Shown: positions 50,501-61,276 of the stretch, one piece after another | Numbering within the stretch: the first letter of the stretch is position 1 | Layout of the letters: each line of letters opens with the position of its first letter | Source of the DNA: a virus | Taxonomy: Duplodnaviria; Caudoviricetes | IMG/VR virus record: IMGVR_UViG_3300017780_003084 | Span: 26,330-90,329 of that record | DNA length: 64,000 bases | Direction: 5' to 3' (one strand) | Position numbers and translations under genes: made by a program | The notes under the pieces: model-generated | What the model was told of the DNA's origin: nothing | Database searches by the model: none | Seen by the model: only the letters and a program-made list of their open reading frames with translations

Positions 50501-50817
50501 ACGTATAAACAAAGAAAAGTGAAGGTAGGATAATGTCTTGTAAAATAGAGAAAGAATTTGAACATGCACCCCTTGCCAAGCTTGACTATGGCTTTGATTG
50601 GACATTGTGGCTTGAGGATGCAGAAACCATAACTTCAAGCGGTTGGGTAGTTCCTGCAGACCTCGTAAAAAGTAATGAACAGAATTTGACTGGGGTAACA
50701 TCTGTGTTTGTTGAAGGTGGTGTTGAGAGTACAAGGTATGAGATTATCAATTCAATTACAACCTCTATGGGACGTAAAGACTCTAGAACAATCACATTAT
50801 TTTGCAAGCCGAGGTAG
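47551..50817 (+). other. Five-gene putative virion accessory module (47551-47949, 47952-48230, 48243-49715, 49733-50533, 50533-50817)
   Basis: Thr/Gly/Ala-rich beta proteins inserted between neck genes; 49733-50533 has E..D.L repeats; 50533-50817 has the LDYGFDW pattern. Confidence 0.6.
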
Positions 50818-50824
50818 TCAGCTA

Positions 50825-50853
50825 TTGACTTTCTACCACTATCATAGTATAAT
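50825..50853 (+). promoter_or_regulatory. sigma70-type promoter for the tail operon
   Basis: TTGACT-17 bp-TATAAT. Confidence 0.8.
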
Positions 50854-50867
50854 TATAGGACAAACAA

Positions 50868-51302
50868 ATGGGAAGCTTTGCAGACAGCATTAAAGCAAAC
50901 ATCAAAGAGCTTCAGCAAGAAGTCAATGACAGGATATTAACAGAAGCTTCCAAGACATTTATTGATGTCACAACAGGGACTCCTTCTGATTGGCAGAACT
51001 CTCCTTATGCTAAGGGTTTATTATCTAACCAATGGTATGTTGCAGAGAACAAATTGTCTAGCGAATTAACTGATGCTAAAGACCTTCACGGTAGTGCTAG
51101 TTTGAACAGAGCTAACTCAATACTCAACTGGAAAACATTCGTTGGTAAAGACGGTTATGTGTCATTTACTAATAACGTGCATTATGCAATTAACGCTGAA
51201 GTGTCAGGTTGGAAAACCGAAGATAATCCTAATTGGCGAAATGCTAAACCTTATGCAATGGTTGAACTAGCTATGATAGATGCTAAAAACAGGATGGGTT
51301 AG
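50868..51302 (+). CDS. Neck/tail completion protein (HK97 gp10-like)
   Basis: GTP...GLLSNQW...FTNNVHYA..E..GW...PYAMV pattern. Confidence 0.65.
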   Translation: MGSFADSIKANIKELQQEVNDRILTEASKTFIDVTTGTPSDWQNSPYAKGLLSNQWYVAENKLSSELTDAKDLHGSASLNRANSILNWKTFVGKDGYVSFTNNVHYAINAEVSGWKTEDNPNWRNAKPYAMVELAMIDAKNRMG

Positions 51303-51303
51303 T

Positions 51304-51705
51304 ATGACACAAAGAACAATACGCTTAGAAGTAGAAGCTAAAGTGAAAGCTTGGGCAGCAGCTCAATCTCCCGCAATACCAATTGCTTACGAGAATGTAG
51401 CATTCACAAAGCCTGATACAACATTCATAGAACTATACCTCATTCCTGCAACAACTGTCAATAAAACTGTAAGTGCAGCTAGAAAGACATTAACAGGATT
51501 GATACAGTTCAACATATACACAAAAGAAGGTGTTGGCACAAAGAAGTCAGAAGAACTTGCACAAACTCTCATAGACCTCTTCCCTGTAGTTCCTAAGACT
51601 GGCTCTGTCAGTATAGAACAAACAGGTAGCATTATGAACACCCTTTACGAAGCACAATGGCTCGTAACTCCTGTACGCTTCAGGTACAGACAAGAAAATT
51701 ATTAG
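51304..51705 (+). CDS. Tail terminator (DUF4128-like)
   Basis: IAYENVAF.KP...GLIQFNIY...G.G...VTPVRFRYR; start at ATG 51304. Confidence 0.7.
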   Translation: MTQRTIRLEVEAKVKAWAAAQSPAIPIAYENVAFTKPDTTFIELYLIPATTVNKTVSAARKTLTGLIQFNIYTKEGVGTKKSEELAQTLIDLFPVVPKTGSVSIEQTGSIMNTLYEAQWLVTPVRFRYRQENY

Positions 51706-51768
51706 TAGCAAATTTGCCCCTCAAGGGCTTTATCTAGCCGTAAGGCAAATTAATAAAGGAAATAAATT

Positions 51769-52212
51769 ATGGCAGTCCATACCGCAGCAGGCACCAAGTT
51801 CTCTGTCTCAGCATCTTTACCAGCCACAAATGATGCAGCAGGTTACTTAGCACTTACATACACAGAAGTTGGTGAAGTAACTAACATCGCAGATTTTGGC
51901 GCAAACTCTAACGTAGTCAATCACTCTCCGTTGAGTGACCCAGTTATTCAGAAATACAAAGGCAGTGCTGATATGGGTGGTGGTAGTTTAGATTTTGCTT
52001 CACTAAAAACAGATGCAGGTCAAGTCCTGATGAAGACAGCCGCAGCTTATAACACATACGCTCCCTACGCTGTAAAAGTTGAAGAGTCTGACGGCACTAT
52101 CAGCTACTTCAAAGCATTGTTTACATCATTTGTCAAGAAGATTGGTACTATTGATAATGTAGTTGCAGCTTCTGTCAACATGGCTATTACATCTAAAGTT
52201 ATTGAAGTTTAA
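51769..52212 (+). CDS. Major tail tube protein (siphovirus)
   Basis: AGTKFSVS...YTEVGEV..I.DFG...KYKGS.D.G; no sheath gene in the module. Confidence 0.85.
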   Translation: MAVHTAAGTKFSVSASLPATNDAAGYLALTYTEVGEVTNIADFGANSNVVNHSPLSDPVIQKYKGSADMGGGSLDFASLKTDAGQVLMKTAAAYNTYAPYAVKVEESDGTISYFKALFTSFVKKIGTIDNVVAASVNMAITSKVIEV

Positions 52213-52293
52213 TAATTAGCAACAAGGAAGGGGAACATAGATTCCCCTCTTATAACATAAATTAAATTCTCTCAAACTATAAAGGTATAAAAC

Positions 52294-52698
52294 ATGTCAT
52301 TTAAATTAAGCTCACTTAAAGCTAAAACCTCTGCTGTTCCTGTCGTTGTTCTCCACCCATCTGTTGGTGAATTGATTGATGACAAAGGTAATAAAGTCAC
52401 CCTCCACATCTTTGGTAAAGCTTCTAAACAATATCGAGATTACACAGAAGCACAGACAGACAGCTACATTGCAAAACAACAAGCTAAAGTTAAGTCTAAG
52501 CCAACAGGTAAAACTTTGTTAGCGGATCGTGTCAAGTTCATCGCAGCTATGACGGCAAAGATTGAGCATCTGGAAGCTGAAGACGGTAGTGAACTCGATA
52601 ACACAACATCTCTGGAAGAATTGTACTCTAACCCAGAATTCCATTGGTTGCTGGAATTTGCTGAAACAGCTTTGGAAGATAACGCAAATTTCTTCTAA
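52294..52698 (+). CDS. Tail assembly chaperone (G)
   Basis: Position between the tail tube and tape measure genes; ends at a slippery site. Confidence 0.8.
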   Translation: MSFKLSSLKAKTSAVPVVVLHPSVGELIDDKGNKVTLHIFGKASKQYRDYTEAQTDSYIAKQQAKVKSKPTGKTLLADRVKFIAAMTAKIEHLEAEDGSELDNTTSLEELYSNPEFHWLLEFAETALEDNANFF

Positions 52699-53141
52699 CC
52701 CTGTCTGATGAGCTTCTACTCTTTGCAAAGCAATTAGGTTGGTATCATAGCACACCTGAAAAGGAAAAGAAGAGTAGAGCTGCAAAATTATTAGAACAAA
52801 ATCAAGGACTAGAACTCTCTTTGCCGCCATGCACAGCCGAGTTTCTAGTCCTTTTGTTTTATGAAGTAGGGCTTTGTGGGCAGGGTATGAACGGGGTCAC
52901 TCCTTTAACGTGGCAAGAAATAAAAGCTTGGAATGAAATTGCAGATAAAAGACTAACTCCTTGGGAAGTAGTGACTATTCATAACATGAGTGAAGCGTAT
53001 GCTCATGAAGTTCACGCTGGAACAGACCCTTTGAGACCTTCTCCAATCACTGTTGGGACGGAAGTATCAGAAGATAATAGAAAAGCTGTTGCGAGTGCAT
53101 GGAAGCAGATGAAACAATCAGCTAACGAGAAATATAAATAA
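52294..53141 (+). CDS. Tail assembly chaperone GT, -1 frameshift product
   Basis: A-AAT-TTC slippery heptamer at 52686-52692; the -1 frame is open through 53141 and contains PLTWQEIKAW. Confidence 0.8.
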
Positions 53142-53155
53142 TAAGGAAGCCTAAT

Positions 53156-56100
53156 ATGGCAATGACACCGAGCCAACTATCAATTATAGTGAATTCAAAA
53201 GGTATTAAGGACGCTACAGATGAGCTTAATAACTTATCCAAAGCAGCATCCTCTGTGGATAAAGAAACTAGAGATTTTGTCATTGCTCAACAGAAGCTTT
53301 CAGTAACTAGTAAGAGTTCATCAACAAGCTCACAATCAGCAGCTCGTGGAGTTACAGTACAAGAGCTTGCGATGATTAAAGCTCACGATGCTGCATTGAA
53401 AATGAACTCTTCAATAGATAGACAAATTGCAACTCAAGAGAGGATGGTAAGAGGTGTTTCTCAACAAGAGCTGGCAATGACAAAAGCTCACGAACAAGCC
53501 TTGAAGATGAATACTGCTTTTGATAAGCAAGCAGAATCATTAAAGAATGCAAACCACCACGGGAGTATTTTTAACAATACACTGAAGTCTATGGCAACAG
53601 CAGCCCTAGCTTACATGGGAGTTAATTTCGCTGTAGGTGTTATTAAACAGGCAGACGCTTGGGCTATGATGCAATCTAAACTTGCTTTAGCTACAGGTAG
53701 TATGGATTCTGCTAAAGTAGCTCAAAAAGATTTGTATGATTTAGCACAAAAGCTTAGAATACCTTTAGATGAGTCTACAAAATTGTTTACTCGTATGGCT
53801 CATCCAATGATGCTGATGGGTAAAACTGCTAAAGACACTATGCAAATGGTGGAAGCTCTTGGTACTGCTTTAAAATTATCTGGTGCTACAGGGCAAGAAG
53901 CATCTTCTGCAATGCTGCAATTCTCTCAGTCTATGAATGCGGGTAGGTTAAATGGTGGTGAATTTAACTCCATTGCAGAGGCTTCTCCAAACATCTTAAG
54001 AGCGATTGAAGCAGAGCTTCGTAGGACAGGTCAGTGGGCTGATAACACAACTGAAACTCTTAAAAAGATGGGTAGTGAAGGTAAGATATCCTCTGAGTTA
54101 CTTGCACGATCTTTACAGAACGCATTACCACAAATGCGTAAAGACTTTGAAACTCTTCCGTTGACTTTTGACGGAGCAATGGAAAGATTGAAGAATTCTT
54201 GGCTCAAAGCTGTTGGTGAAATGGGACAGAATACTAAGTTCACTCAGGAGCTGGCTAAGTCTTTGGCTACACTGGAGGAAAGTTTACCTCGCATTGCTAA
54301 TACATTAGGAACTGTGTTCAACTTTTTAGCGCAAAACTTAGGCACGATTGCTACAGTGATAGGTGGTCTGGTGGGAGCTGGATTAGTTAGCTGGGCTTAC
54401 TCATCTAGAGAAGCGTTGATGGGTATGGTCACTGTTATGAGAACTCTTACAGCATCAGCTCTAGCTTTCATGGCTACCCCTATAGGAATGGCTATAGCTG
54501 CTGTTACATTAGCTGTCGGTGCAGGTGTGTATGCTTATAACAAGTATACAGAGGCTCAAGAAGCCAGTAAGAAAGCTGCAGAAGATTTAGGTAAGATTTC
54601 TCCAGATATTGTAAAATCTATGGACGCTGAGTATGAAGCTGCTTTAAAGCAGTACAAGGTTTTGTTTAAGATCAAGGAAATCAAAGACGAACTAAAATCG
54701 CAGGGTGAAGTAGCTTCCATTGATAAAGCCAATGCTGAAGTTCTTGAGTTAGTTGCTAAAGCTCAAGCTGCTATAAAAAGAGGCGATAAAGAAAATTCTG
54801 ACATGTACCAAGAGAAGTTAAAGATTGCTGCTCTTGAGTTAGGAAGACTCAAAACTAAAGACGATGAGATTAAGGCACTTCAGCGAGTAAATGGACTTGA
54901 GGCAGAACGCCAAGCTAACGCTAAGCGTGTTCAAACATTATTTGATAAATATGATAATAACTCAGATAAACGTGAGAAGGAATTGGCACAACTAAAAGAC
55001 CTTGTACTTACTGAAAAAGAAAGATCAGAATTAATCAGTAAAATTAATCTTAAATATGCTGATAAGGCTTCTGTAGATAAGTACAAAACTCTGCGAGAAT
55101 CCACTATCGCTTATTCTAACACACTAGAAGAGTTGAAACAGAAATACACAGAACTACAAAAGTTTGGTGTAGATGACAAGCGTACAGCATCTGAAAAAGA
55201 GCTAACTAAAGTCCAACTAGAGTTGTCTCAAGCAACAGACAAAGTTGTTAAAGCAGAGAAGGAAAAGCAACTAATCATCGCTAAAGGTAAGGTTGAGCTG
55301 GAGGATTTAATTCTAGCTGAAACTAAACGTCAGAAAGAAGCTCAATTATCCTTGGAAACGTACACAAAGGAAGCTGACTCTGTAGAGAAAGCTGCAGAAC
55401 AGCAAGAAATGTTGCTACAAGCTTATGGTAAAACTGAGGGAGAGTTACAAAATCTCCGAATGATTAAAGAAGAAAATAAACTTCTAGACATGGCTCAACG
55501 TGGTGTTAATGACGAACTCCTCACACAACAACAGCACATTGTGGACGGTTTAGCTAGGGAAAGTAAAGCACGTAATGAGTTAGGAGTTAAAAAGGATTCT
55601 AAAGAACTTGCAGACAAATATGAAGCCGACTACCAAGCAGCTAACAAGAAGATTGCAGATGGCTTATACAGCGCAATTGGCAAAGGTGGTGAGAGTGCTA
55701 TTAAGAAGCTCATTCAAGATATTAAGTCTTGGTTTGCCCGTTTAGTTCTTAGCCCAATCATCAACCCTATATCTAACTTCGGTGCAAGCATTATGTCACC
55801 GAATGCTGCTAGTGCCAGTGGAGGTGCTTTATCAGGCATGTCTAACTTAGCAAGCTCTGCTTCTAGCTTCCTTAATCCTATGACGTGGGGTTCTTCAGCA
55901 GCTACTGCCCTCTCTAACGGAATATTTGATGCGGGGGCTGCACTAGGTAGTGAGTTTATGATGTCAGTTTCTAGTGCAATGGGAGGGGGAGCTGTTTCTG
56001 GTATGGCAGGTACTATAGGTTCTGCTCTCTCTGGGATAGCTACAGTAGCTCCATACTTAGCTGCAGCAGCAGTGTTGTACAAAGGCTTGTCAATGGGTGA

Positions 56101-58135
56101 AAAACAAATGACAGGGACTACTGTAACAGGTTCTCTTGGTACTAATGATTTGATGAGAAATACTTCTTGGACACAACAAGGCGGCTTCCTCAGAAAAGAC
56201 AAATCAGGTGTTTGGAATACAAAACTTGCTGACAGCACTACCACCACAGTAGATGGTAAAACTTACAGTGATCCCGCAAGTATGGCATCCGACAAAGTTA
56301 TGTTAAATCAATTGAACACTATGTACGATGCTGTCAAAGCTTCCACGACTGAGTATGCTAAAGCTTTAGGCTTAAATGCTAATTCAATTAAAGACAGAAC
56401 TGATAACATCAACTTTGCATTTGGTAAGTCTGCTGATGAGACAGCTACGAATATCAACAAAGCATTTGAAGGTGTTTCAAACAATATAGCAAGCTCATTA
56501 TTAGGTGAACTCACCCAATTAGCTCAAGTGAATGAGTCTTCTTCTGCAACAATGATGAGATTGGCTAAAGATATTACTATAGTGAATGGAATGTTCAAAG
56601 CTCTTGGATATTCATTATTCGATTTAAGTGTATCTGGAGTCAAATCCTCTGAAGCAATTATTGCATTGTTTGGTGGGCTAGATAAGTTTCAAGCAATTGC
56701 TTCAGATTATTATGAGAAGTTTTACGATGAATCTGAGAAATCTAAAGTTAAAGTTGATGCTGTCACTAAGTCAATTAAAGAATTGGGGTATGAACTTCCT
56801 GAATCTAGAAAAGCTTTTAGGGCGTTAGTAGAAGAAGCAAAGTCACTAGGAAAAAATGATTTATATGTTTCTTTGATGAAGTTATCTAATGCTTTTGCAG
56901 AGATTACTCCTGTGGTTGAAAAAACAGCGGAGGGTATTAAAGATGCAGTTAAAGAACTCCCTCAAACTGTTAGAGATGTCTTTACAAGCCTATCTAAAGA
57001 CGCTGAACGTTGGTTGTCTATTAGAAACCAAGCAGCTTCGTTGAAAGATTCTATTCAATCTGCAATGGGTAATCCTCAAAAAGACCCTGCAATACGTATG
57101 AAGCAGCTTTGGGATGCAATGTCTAAGGATATTACTCCAGAGCAGAAGTTACAGTTAGCTGGTGAATTGAAAGACCTCACTCTAGCAAAGTATCAGCTTG
57201 AAAAAGACTCAATGACTAAGCTTATTGATTTTGGTAAGCAGCTAAAGGGATATGTTGAAGGATTGAAACTGGGCGCTTTAAGTCCTCTTACAGTTGGTCA
57301 AAAGTTAGCAGAAGCTCAGGCTCAATATCAATCAACTCTAGCAAAAGCTCAAGCTGGTGATACAAATGCTCAAGGTGCTTTGTCTGGAAAAGCTGACGCT
57401 TATTTAGGTATTGCTCAAACAGCATTAGCTTCTAGTAGTGGTTATATTGATATATTCAATAATGTGACTACTAGCTTAGATACTTTAGGTGTGAAGAGTA
57501 TGTCTGCTGCAGAGCAAGCTAATCAACTCGCAACAGGTCAATTATCAGAGTTGCAAAAGTTAAGTGATTTTGTATCTGGGATTGAGACAACAGCAGGCAG
57601 TTATTATAACAATAGCTTATCTGCACTATCTACTCAGATATCTCTGATGGACGCAATGTATCAGAAGATGGGTATATTTGACGGAATGCTTGCAAGTATC
57701 GCAGGACTTCCTGCAGAGATAGCAGCTTCTTTATCTGGTAGTGCAACAGCTTCTGTATCTAACGATAAGTTCATCAAAGATTTATACCAAAGTGTTGAAG
57801 GTAGAGTTGGCGCTCAAGTAGATCAAGCAGGTTATCAGTATTGGATGAAAGCTTTGCAAACTCAAAGCAAAGAGCAAGTGGGTAATAATTTTGTTATTGC
57901 TTCAGCTCAGAATGCGCAAGTAAAAACTAACCCTACTGCAAATTTGGAATCACGTATTAGCGAACTCACTACAGAGGTGGCTAATTTACGAGCAGATCAA
58001 AAAGAACAGACAGGTGCTCTGATTGATGCAGCAGTGTTCACAAGTGCAAACAGCACTGACGCTATTGTAAATGCTACAAAAGAATCTGCAAAAAACAGTA
58101 AATGGGATTCTGAATTTAAAGCAGAGCTTGTATAA
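53156..58135 (+). CDS. Tape measure protein
   Basis: 1659 aa, Ala-rich and helical; tape-measure N-terminal domain AMLQFSQSMNAGRLNGGEFNSIAE. Confidence 0.95.
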   Translation: MAMTPSQLSIIVNSKGIKDATDELNNLSKAASSVDKETRDFVIAQQKLSVTSKSSSTSSQSAARGVTVQELAMIKAHDAALKMNSSIDRQIATQERMVRGVSQQELAMTKAHEQALKMNTAFDKQAESLKNANHHGSIFNNTLKSMATAALAYMGVNFAVGVIKQADAWAMMQSKLALATGSMDSAKVAQKDLYDLAQKLRIPLDESTKLFTRMAHPMMLMGKTAKDTMQMVEALGTALKLSGATGQEASSAMLQFSQSMNAGRLNGGEFNSIAEASPNILRAIEAELRRTGQWADNTTETLKKMGSEGKISSELLARSLQNALPQMRKDFETLPLTFDGAMERLKNSWLKAVGEMGQNTKFTQELAKSLATLEESLPRIANTLGTVFNFLAQNLGTIATVIGGLVGAGLVSWAYSSREALMGMVTVMRTLTASALAFMATPIGMAIAAVTLAVGAGVYAYNKYTEAQEASKKAAEDLGKISPDIVKSMDAEYEAALKQYKVLFKIKEIKDELKSQGEVASIDKANAEVLELVAKAQAAIKRGDKENSDMYQEKLKIAALELGRLKTKDDEIKALQRVNGLEAERQANAKRVQTLFDKYDNNSDKREKELAQLKDLVLTEKERSELISKINLKYADKASVDKYKTLRESTIAYSNTLEELKQKYTELQKFGVDDKRTASEKELTKVQLELSQATDKVVKAEKEKQLIIAKGKVELEDLILAETKRQKEAQLSLETYTKEADSVEKAAEQQEMLLQAYGKTEGELQNLRMIKEENKLLDMAQRGVNDELLTQQQHIVDGLARESKARNELGVKKDSKELADKYEADYQAANKKIADGLYSAIGKGGESAIKKLIQDIKSWFARLVLSPIINPISNFGASIMSPNAASASGGALSGMSNLASSASSFLNPMTWGSSAATALSNGIFDAGAALGSEFMMSVSSAMGGGAVSGMAGTIGSALSGIATVAPYLAAAAVLYKGLSMGEKQMTGTTVTGSLGTNDLMRNTSWTQQGGFLRKDKSGVWNTKLADSTTTTVDGKTYSDPASMASDKVMLNQLNTMYDAVKASTTEYAKALGLNANSIKDRTDNINFAFGKSADETATNINKAFEGVSNNIASSLLGELTQLAQVNESSSATMMRLAKDITIVNGMFKALGYSLFDLSVSGVKSSEAIIALFGGLDKFQAIASDYYEKFYDESEKSKVKVDAVTKSIKELGYELPESRKAFRALVEEAKSLGKNDLYVSLMKLSNAFAEITPVVEKTAEGIKDAVKELPQTVRDVFTSLSKDAERWLSIRNQAASLKDSIQSAMGNPQKDPAIRMKQLWDAMSKDITPEQKLQLAGELKDLTLAKYQLEKDSMTKLIDFGKQLKGYVEGLKLGALSPLTVGQKLAEAQAQYQSTLAKAQAGDTNAQGALSGKADAYLGIAQTALASSSGYIDIFNNVTTSLDTLGVKSMSAAEQANQLATGQLSELQKLSDFVSGIETTAGSYYNNSLSALSTQISLMDAMYQKMGIFDGMLASIAGLPAEIAASLSGSATASVSNDKFIKDLYQSVEGRVGAQVDQAGYQYWMKALQTQSKEQVGNNFVIASAQNAQVKTNPTANLESRISELTTEVANLRADQKEQTGALIDAAVFTSANSTDAIVNATKESAKNSKWDSEFKAELV

Positions 58136-58155
58136 CATAATATAAAGGAAATAAA

Positions 58156-59631
58156 ATGGCAATATCAGACGCAGAATACATCGCATGGTTTTCAACACCT
58201 TCGGCTTACAGGTGTATTCTCGTCGAAGCCAGTGCGAATGTTGGTGGGAGTGAAACTACTCGTTATTTGTCCAACAGAGGATATGTAACAGGGATTAGTG
58301 AATCTCCTGCTAACACAGTATATAGGGCATTAATCTCAGGTGGTGTCAAGCTATCTGAGACTCTTTCTCTAGAGACATCAGGCACATTGTCTTACGGAGA
58401 AATTGAGCTTGACAACTCTGATTCAACTCTCGATAGTTGGTTAGTAGATGTGTGGGAGAACAGAAATGTCTCTGTTTTCTTTGGGGATTCTCGTTGGGGA
58501 AGAAGTGATTTCAGACTTGTATTTAAGGGATTGTTAGGGGGTATTAGCAGTCAACGAAGAGAAAGTTTGAGTTTGTTCCTCAGAGATAACCTACAGAAAT
58601 TAAATACTCCTGTCACTGATATAAAGCTTGATGGCAGTACAGTTAATAAAGATAAGCTACTCCCTTTAACTTTCGGAGAATGTCATAACGTCAGTCCATT
58701 ATTGACAAACCCTGCAACTCACGAGTACCAAGTGCATGCTGGAGCTATAGAAGATGTTATAGAAGTTAGAGATAATGGTGCTCCTATAACAGTAACAAAA
58801 TCTTTAAGTACAGGTAAATTTTCACTTGTTGCAAGTCCTGTTGGCACAATCACAGCTTCTGTACAAGGAAGTAAACCTTCCAGCTATACAAACAAAATAG
58901 CAGACAGCATAAAATACTTAGTAAAGACTTATGGAACTGCTGCAAACAGGCTAACAGACGCTGACATAGACTTAACTAACTTTGCAGCTTTTGCGAGTGC
59001 CAATACTACGCCTGTTGGTTTATATTTATCTGATAGAACAAACCTACTAGAAGCATGTCAAATGTTAGCTGGTAGTGTGGGTGCTCAAGTCACAATGACG
59101 AGAACTGGACTTCTACAATTACTAAGAATAGATTTTCCACCTACAGGAACTCCAAGGCTTCTAGGTAGAGATGATATTGTAGAACATAAACTTGATGTAG
59201 ATAATAAGCTAGAAGTATCTTCTGCTGTAAGAATCGGGTTTTGCAAGAACTACACAGTGGAGAGCAATCTTCAGACAGTTATCCCAGAAGAACACAAAAC
59301 TTTATATGCTCAAGAGTGGCTTACAACCACTCAATCTGATAGCACAGTAGCTACAAAGTATAAGCTTTTAGTAGAACCTGTACAAAAAGATACGTTATTA
59401 CTAACGGGTAGTGATGCAGCCTCTGAAGCAACAAGGCGCTTAAACATAGTCAAACAACAACGCATTGTTTATAAGATGACATGCTTCGTTAGTGCATTTG
59501 ATATTGTGTTAGGGCAAGCAGTAACTCTCAAGTATCCTAGATTCGGACTAGATTTTGGGGTGTTAGGTGTTGTAGTCGGATTAGAGCCTGATTGGATGAA
59601 CTCTAGAATTAACGTGAAAGTGATGGTTTAA
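58156..59631 (+). CDS. Tail tip/hub protein
   Basis: Follows the tape measure gene; PLTFGECHNVSP and LGQAVTLKYPRFGLD motifs. Confidence 0.7.
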   Translation: MAISDAEYIAWFSTPSAYRCILVEASANVGGSETTRYLSNRGYVTGISESPANTVYRALISGGVKLSETLSLETSGTLSYGEIELDNSDSTLDSWLVDVWENRNVSVFFGDSRWGRSDFRLVFKGLLGGISSQRRESLSLFLRDNLQKLNTPVTDIKLDGSTVNKDKLLPLTFGECHNVSPLLTNPATHEYQVHAGAIEDVIEVRDNGAPITVTKSLSTGKFSLVASPVGTITASVQGSKPSSYTNKIADSIKYLVKTYGTAANRLTDADIDLTNFAAFASANTTPVGLYLSDRTNLLEACQMLAGSVGAQVTMTRTGLLQLLRIDFPPTGTPRLLGRDDIVEHKLDVDNKLEVSSAVRIGFCKNYTVESNLQTVIPEEHKTLYAQEWLTTTQSDSTVATKYKLLVEPVQKDTLLLTGSDAASEATRRLNIVKQQRIVYKMTCFVSAFDIVLGQAVTLKYPRFGLDFGVLGVVVGLEPDWMNSRINVKVMV

Positions 59632-59633
59632 TT

Positions 59634-61271
59634 ATGGCAACAGTTGTAAATGACAGAGATGTATTACTATTAGCAGCTTCTCCGAGACTGCTATGGGCAG
59701 GTGTCAGAGGTGTTGCTTTAACTGCAGATACGACTTCGTTTAAAGTTAGTGGAGGAAGTCCGACACCTTCTACAATCAACTTATCAGCAACTCTTAACGG
59801 AGTAAATGGTACTGTCTCTTGGGGAGTGGTATTTGGTAGCGCAAACTTAACAGTCTTGGGAGCTACGGCAACGTTATCTTACCCTAATATGTTCAGTGAT
59901 GTTATTACTGTAAGAGCCTCTGTAACGGATGGTGGGGCTGTATGGCAAAGTAGTATAACAATCACCAGAGTAGCAGACGGTTCTACAGGCGATGCTGGAG
60001 CTGCAGGTTCTACAGGCGCTGCGGGAGACAAAGCTAGAATAGCATATACACTAATAGATGGCTTTTCTTTATCAGGCTCACCTTCATCTACTACTGTATC
60101 TGGGGACACATTCCCCACTACTGGTACATGGGGTGAAACTAGAGCTTGGACATCATCACCCTATACAGCCAGTGTAGGCCAAGCAGTGTTCCAATCTACA
60201 GGTACATATAATCCTGTCACTAATCAAACTACGTGGGTTGTACCTTATCTAAGTAATCTCAAAGTAGGAACTCTTTCTGCTATTGTTACAAATACAGGGA
60301 CATTAGTGATTGACTCCACAGGGTATTTAAGGGGTGGTCAAACTGCTTACAATACTGGGGACGGGTTCTGGCAAGGGTATGATGCAGGTGTTTATAAGAT
60401 GTCTATTGGTACTGCAGATAACAGTTTAACTTATGATGGAGACAAGTTAGTAATTGACGTGTTTGGTGGATTTGTGCAATTCGGTAAGACTGGAGTCAGT
60501 GCTTCTGTTTTACAGACTAATCGAGATACTAGTACTGTCTTACCTGCTGTATCTATTTTTGACACATCAACATCCTTATCTGAAGCACTTTATGTAACAA
60601 ATAGTAGTTCTTTTACTGGCAGCACGATGGTAGGACTCCGCGCAACAAAAGGGGAGGCTATCAGGGCTATCACAGATCAGTCTACTCAATACTCTGGTGT
60701 CTTCCAGAATTTAGGCTCAGGTAAGGCGTTAGCTATAGCAGGAACAACATATTCTGGATATTCTGGTAGTGGTAATGGTGTTATGAATATTGTTGATGGA
60801 TATCTCCCATTTACAGGTATTCATATTTCAATGATAAATAAGGGGTCTACTTATACTGTAGGGGATATAGTTAGGTCTGTAGAGGTTCTTACAAAGAAAG
60901 ACATAAGTAATACTTTGCTAAGAGTTGAGGTTGTTAATTCTGCTAAGAATAAAGCTGTCTTTGGAGTTATTAATAGTGTATCAGAATATGAAAATTACCT
61001 TGACTTTGATCTGACAACATGGTATAATTACCAAGAACTTTATACTGGACTACATATTAATTCTGTAGGAGAAGGTTGTATAAATGTATGCGGAATTAAC
61101 GGAGATATAGAAGCAGGCGACTTAATTACTTCTAGCAATATGACAGGTAAAGGTATGAAACAATCAGACGATATTGTTAGAAGTTACACTGTAGCAAAGT
61201 CCACAGAAGATGTCAAGTTTGATTTTCCAGAACAAGTAAAAATGATAGCATGTACTTATATGTGCGGATAG
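59634..61271 (+). CDS. Tail tip/fibre-like protein
   Basis: Thr/Gly-rich; YLSNLKVGTLSAI repeat pattern; C-terminal GEGCINVCG...GDLITSS...GKGMKQ...TVAK motif. Confidence 0.65.
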   Translation: MATVVNDRDVLLLAASPRLLWAGVRGVALTADTTSFKVSGGSPTPSTINLSATLNGVNGTVSWGVVFGSANLTVLGATATLSYPNMFSDVITVRASVTDGGAVWQSSITITRVADGSTGDAGAAGSTGAAGDKARIAYTLIDGFSLSGSPSSTTVSGDTFPTTGTWGETRAWTSSPYTASVGQAVFQSTGTYNPVTNQTTWVVPYLSNLKVGTLSAIVTNTGTLVIDSTGYLRGGQTAYNTGDGFWQGYDAGVYKMSIGTADNSLTYDGDKLVIDVFGGFVQFGKTGVSASVLQTNRDTSTVLPAVSIFDTSTSLSEALYVTNSSSFTGSTMVGLRATKGEAIRAITDQSTQYSGVFQNLGSGKALAIAGTTYSGYSGSGNGVMNIVDGYLPFTGIHISMINKGSTYTVGDIVRSVEVLTKKDISNTLLRVEVVNSAKNKAVFGVINSVSEYENYLDFDLTTWYNYQELYTGLHINSVGEGCINVCGINGDIEAGDLITSSNMTGKGMKQSDDIVRSYTVAKSTEDVKFDFPEQVKMIACTYMCG

Positions 61272-61276
61272 GAATT

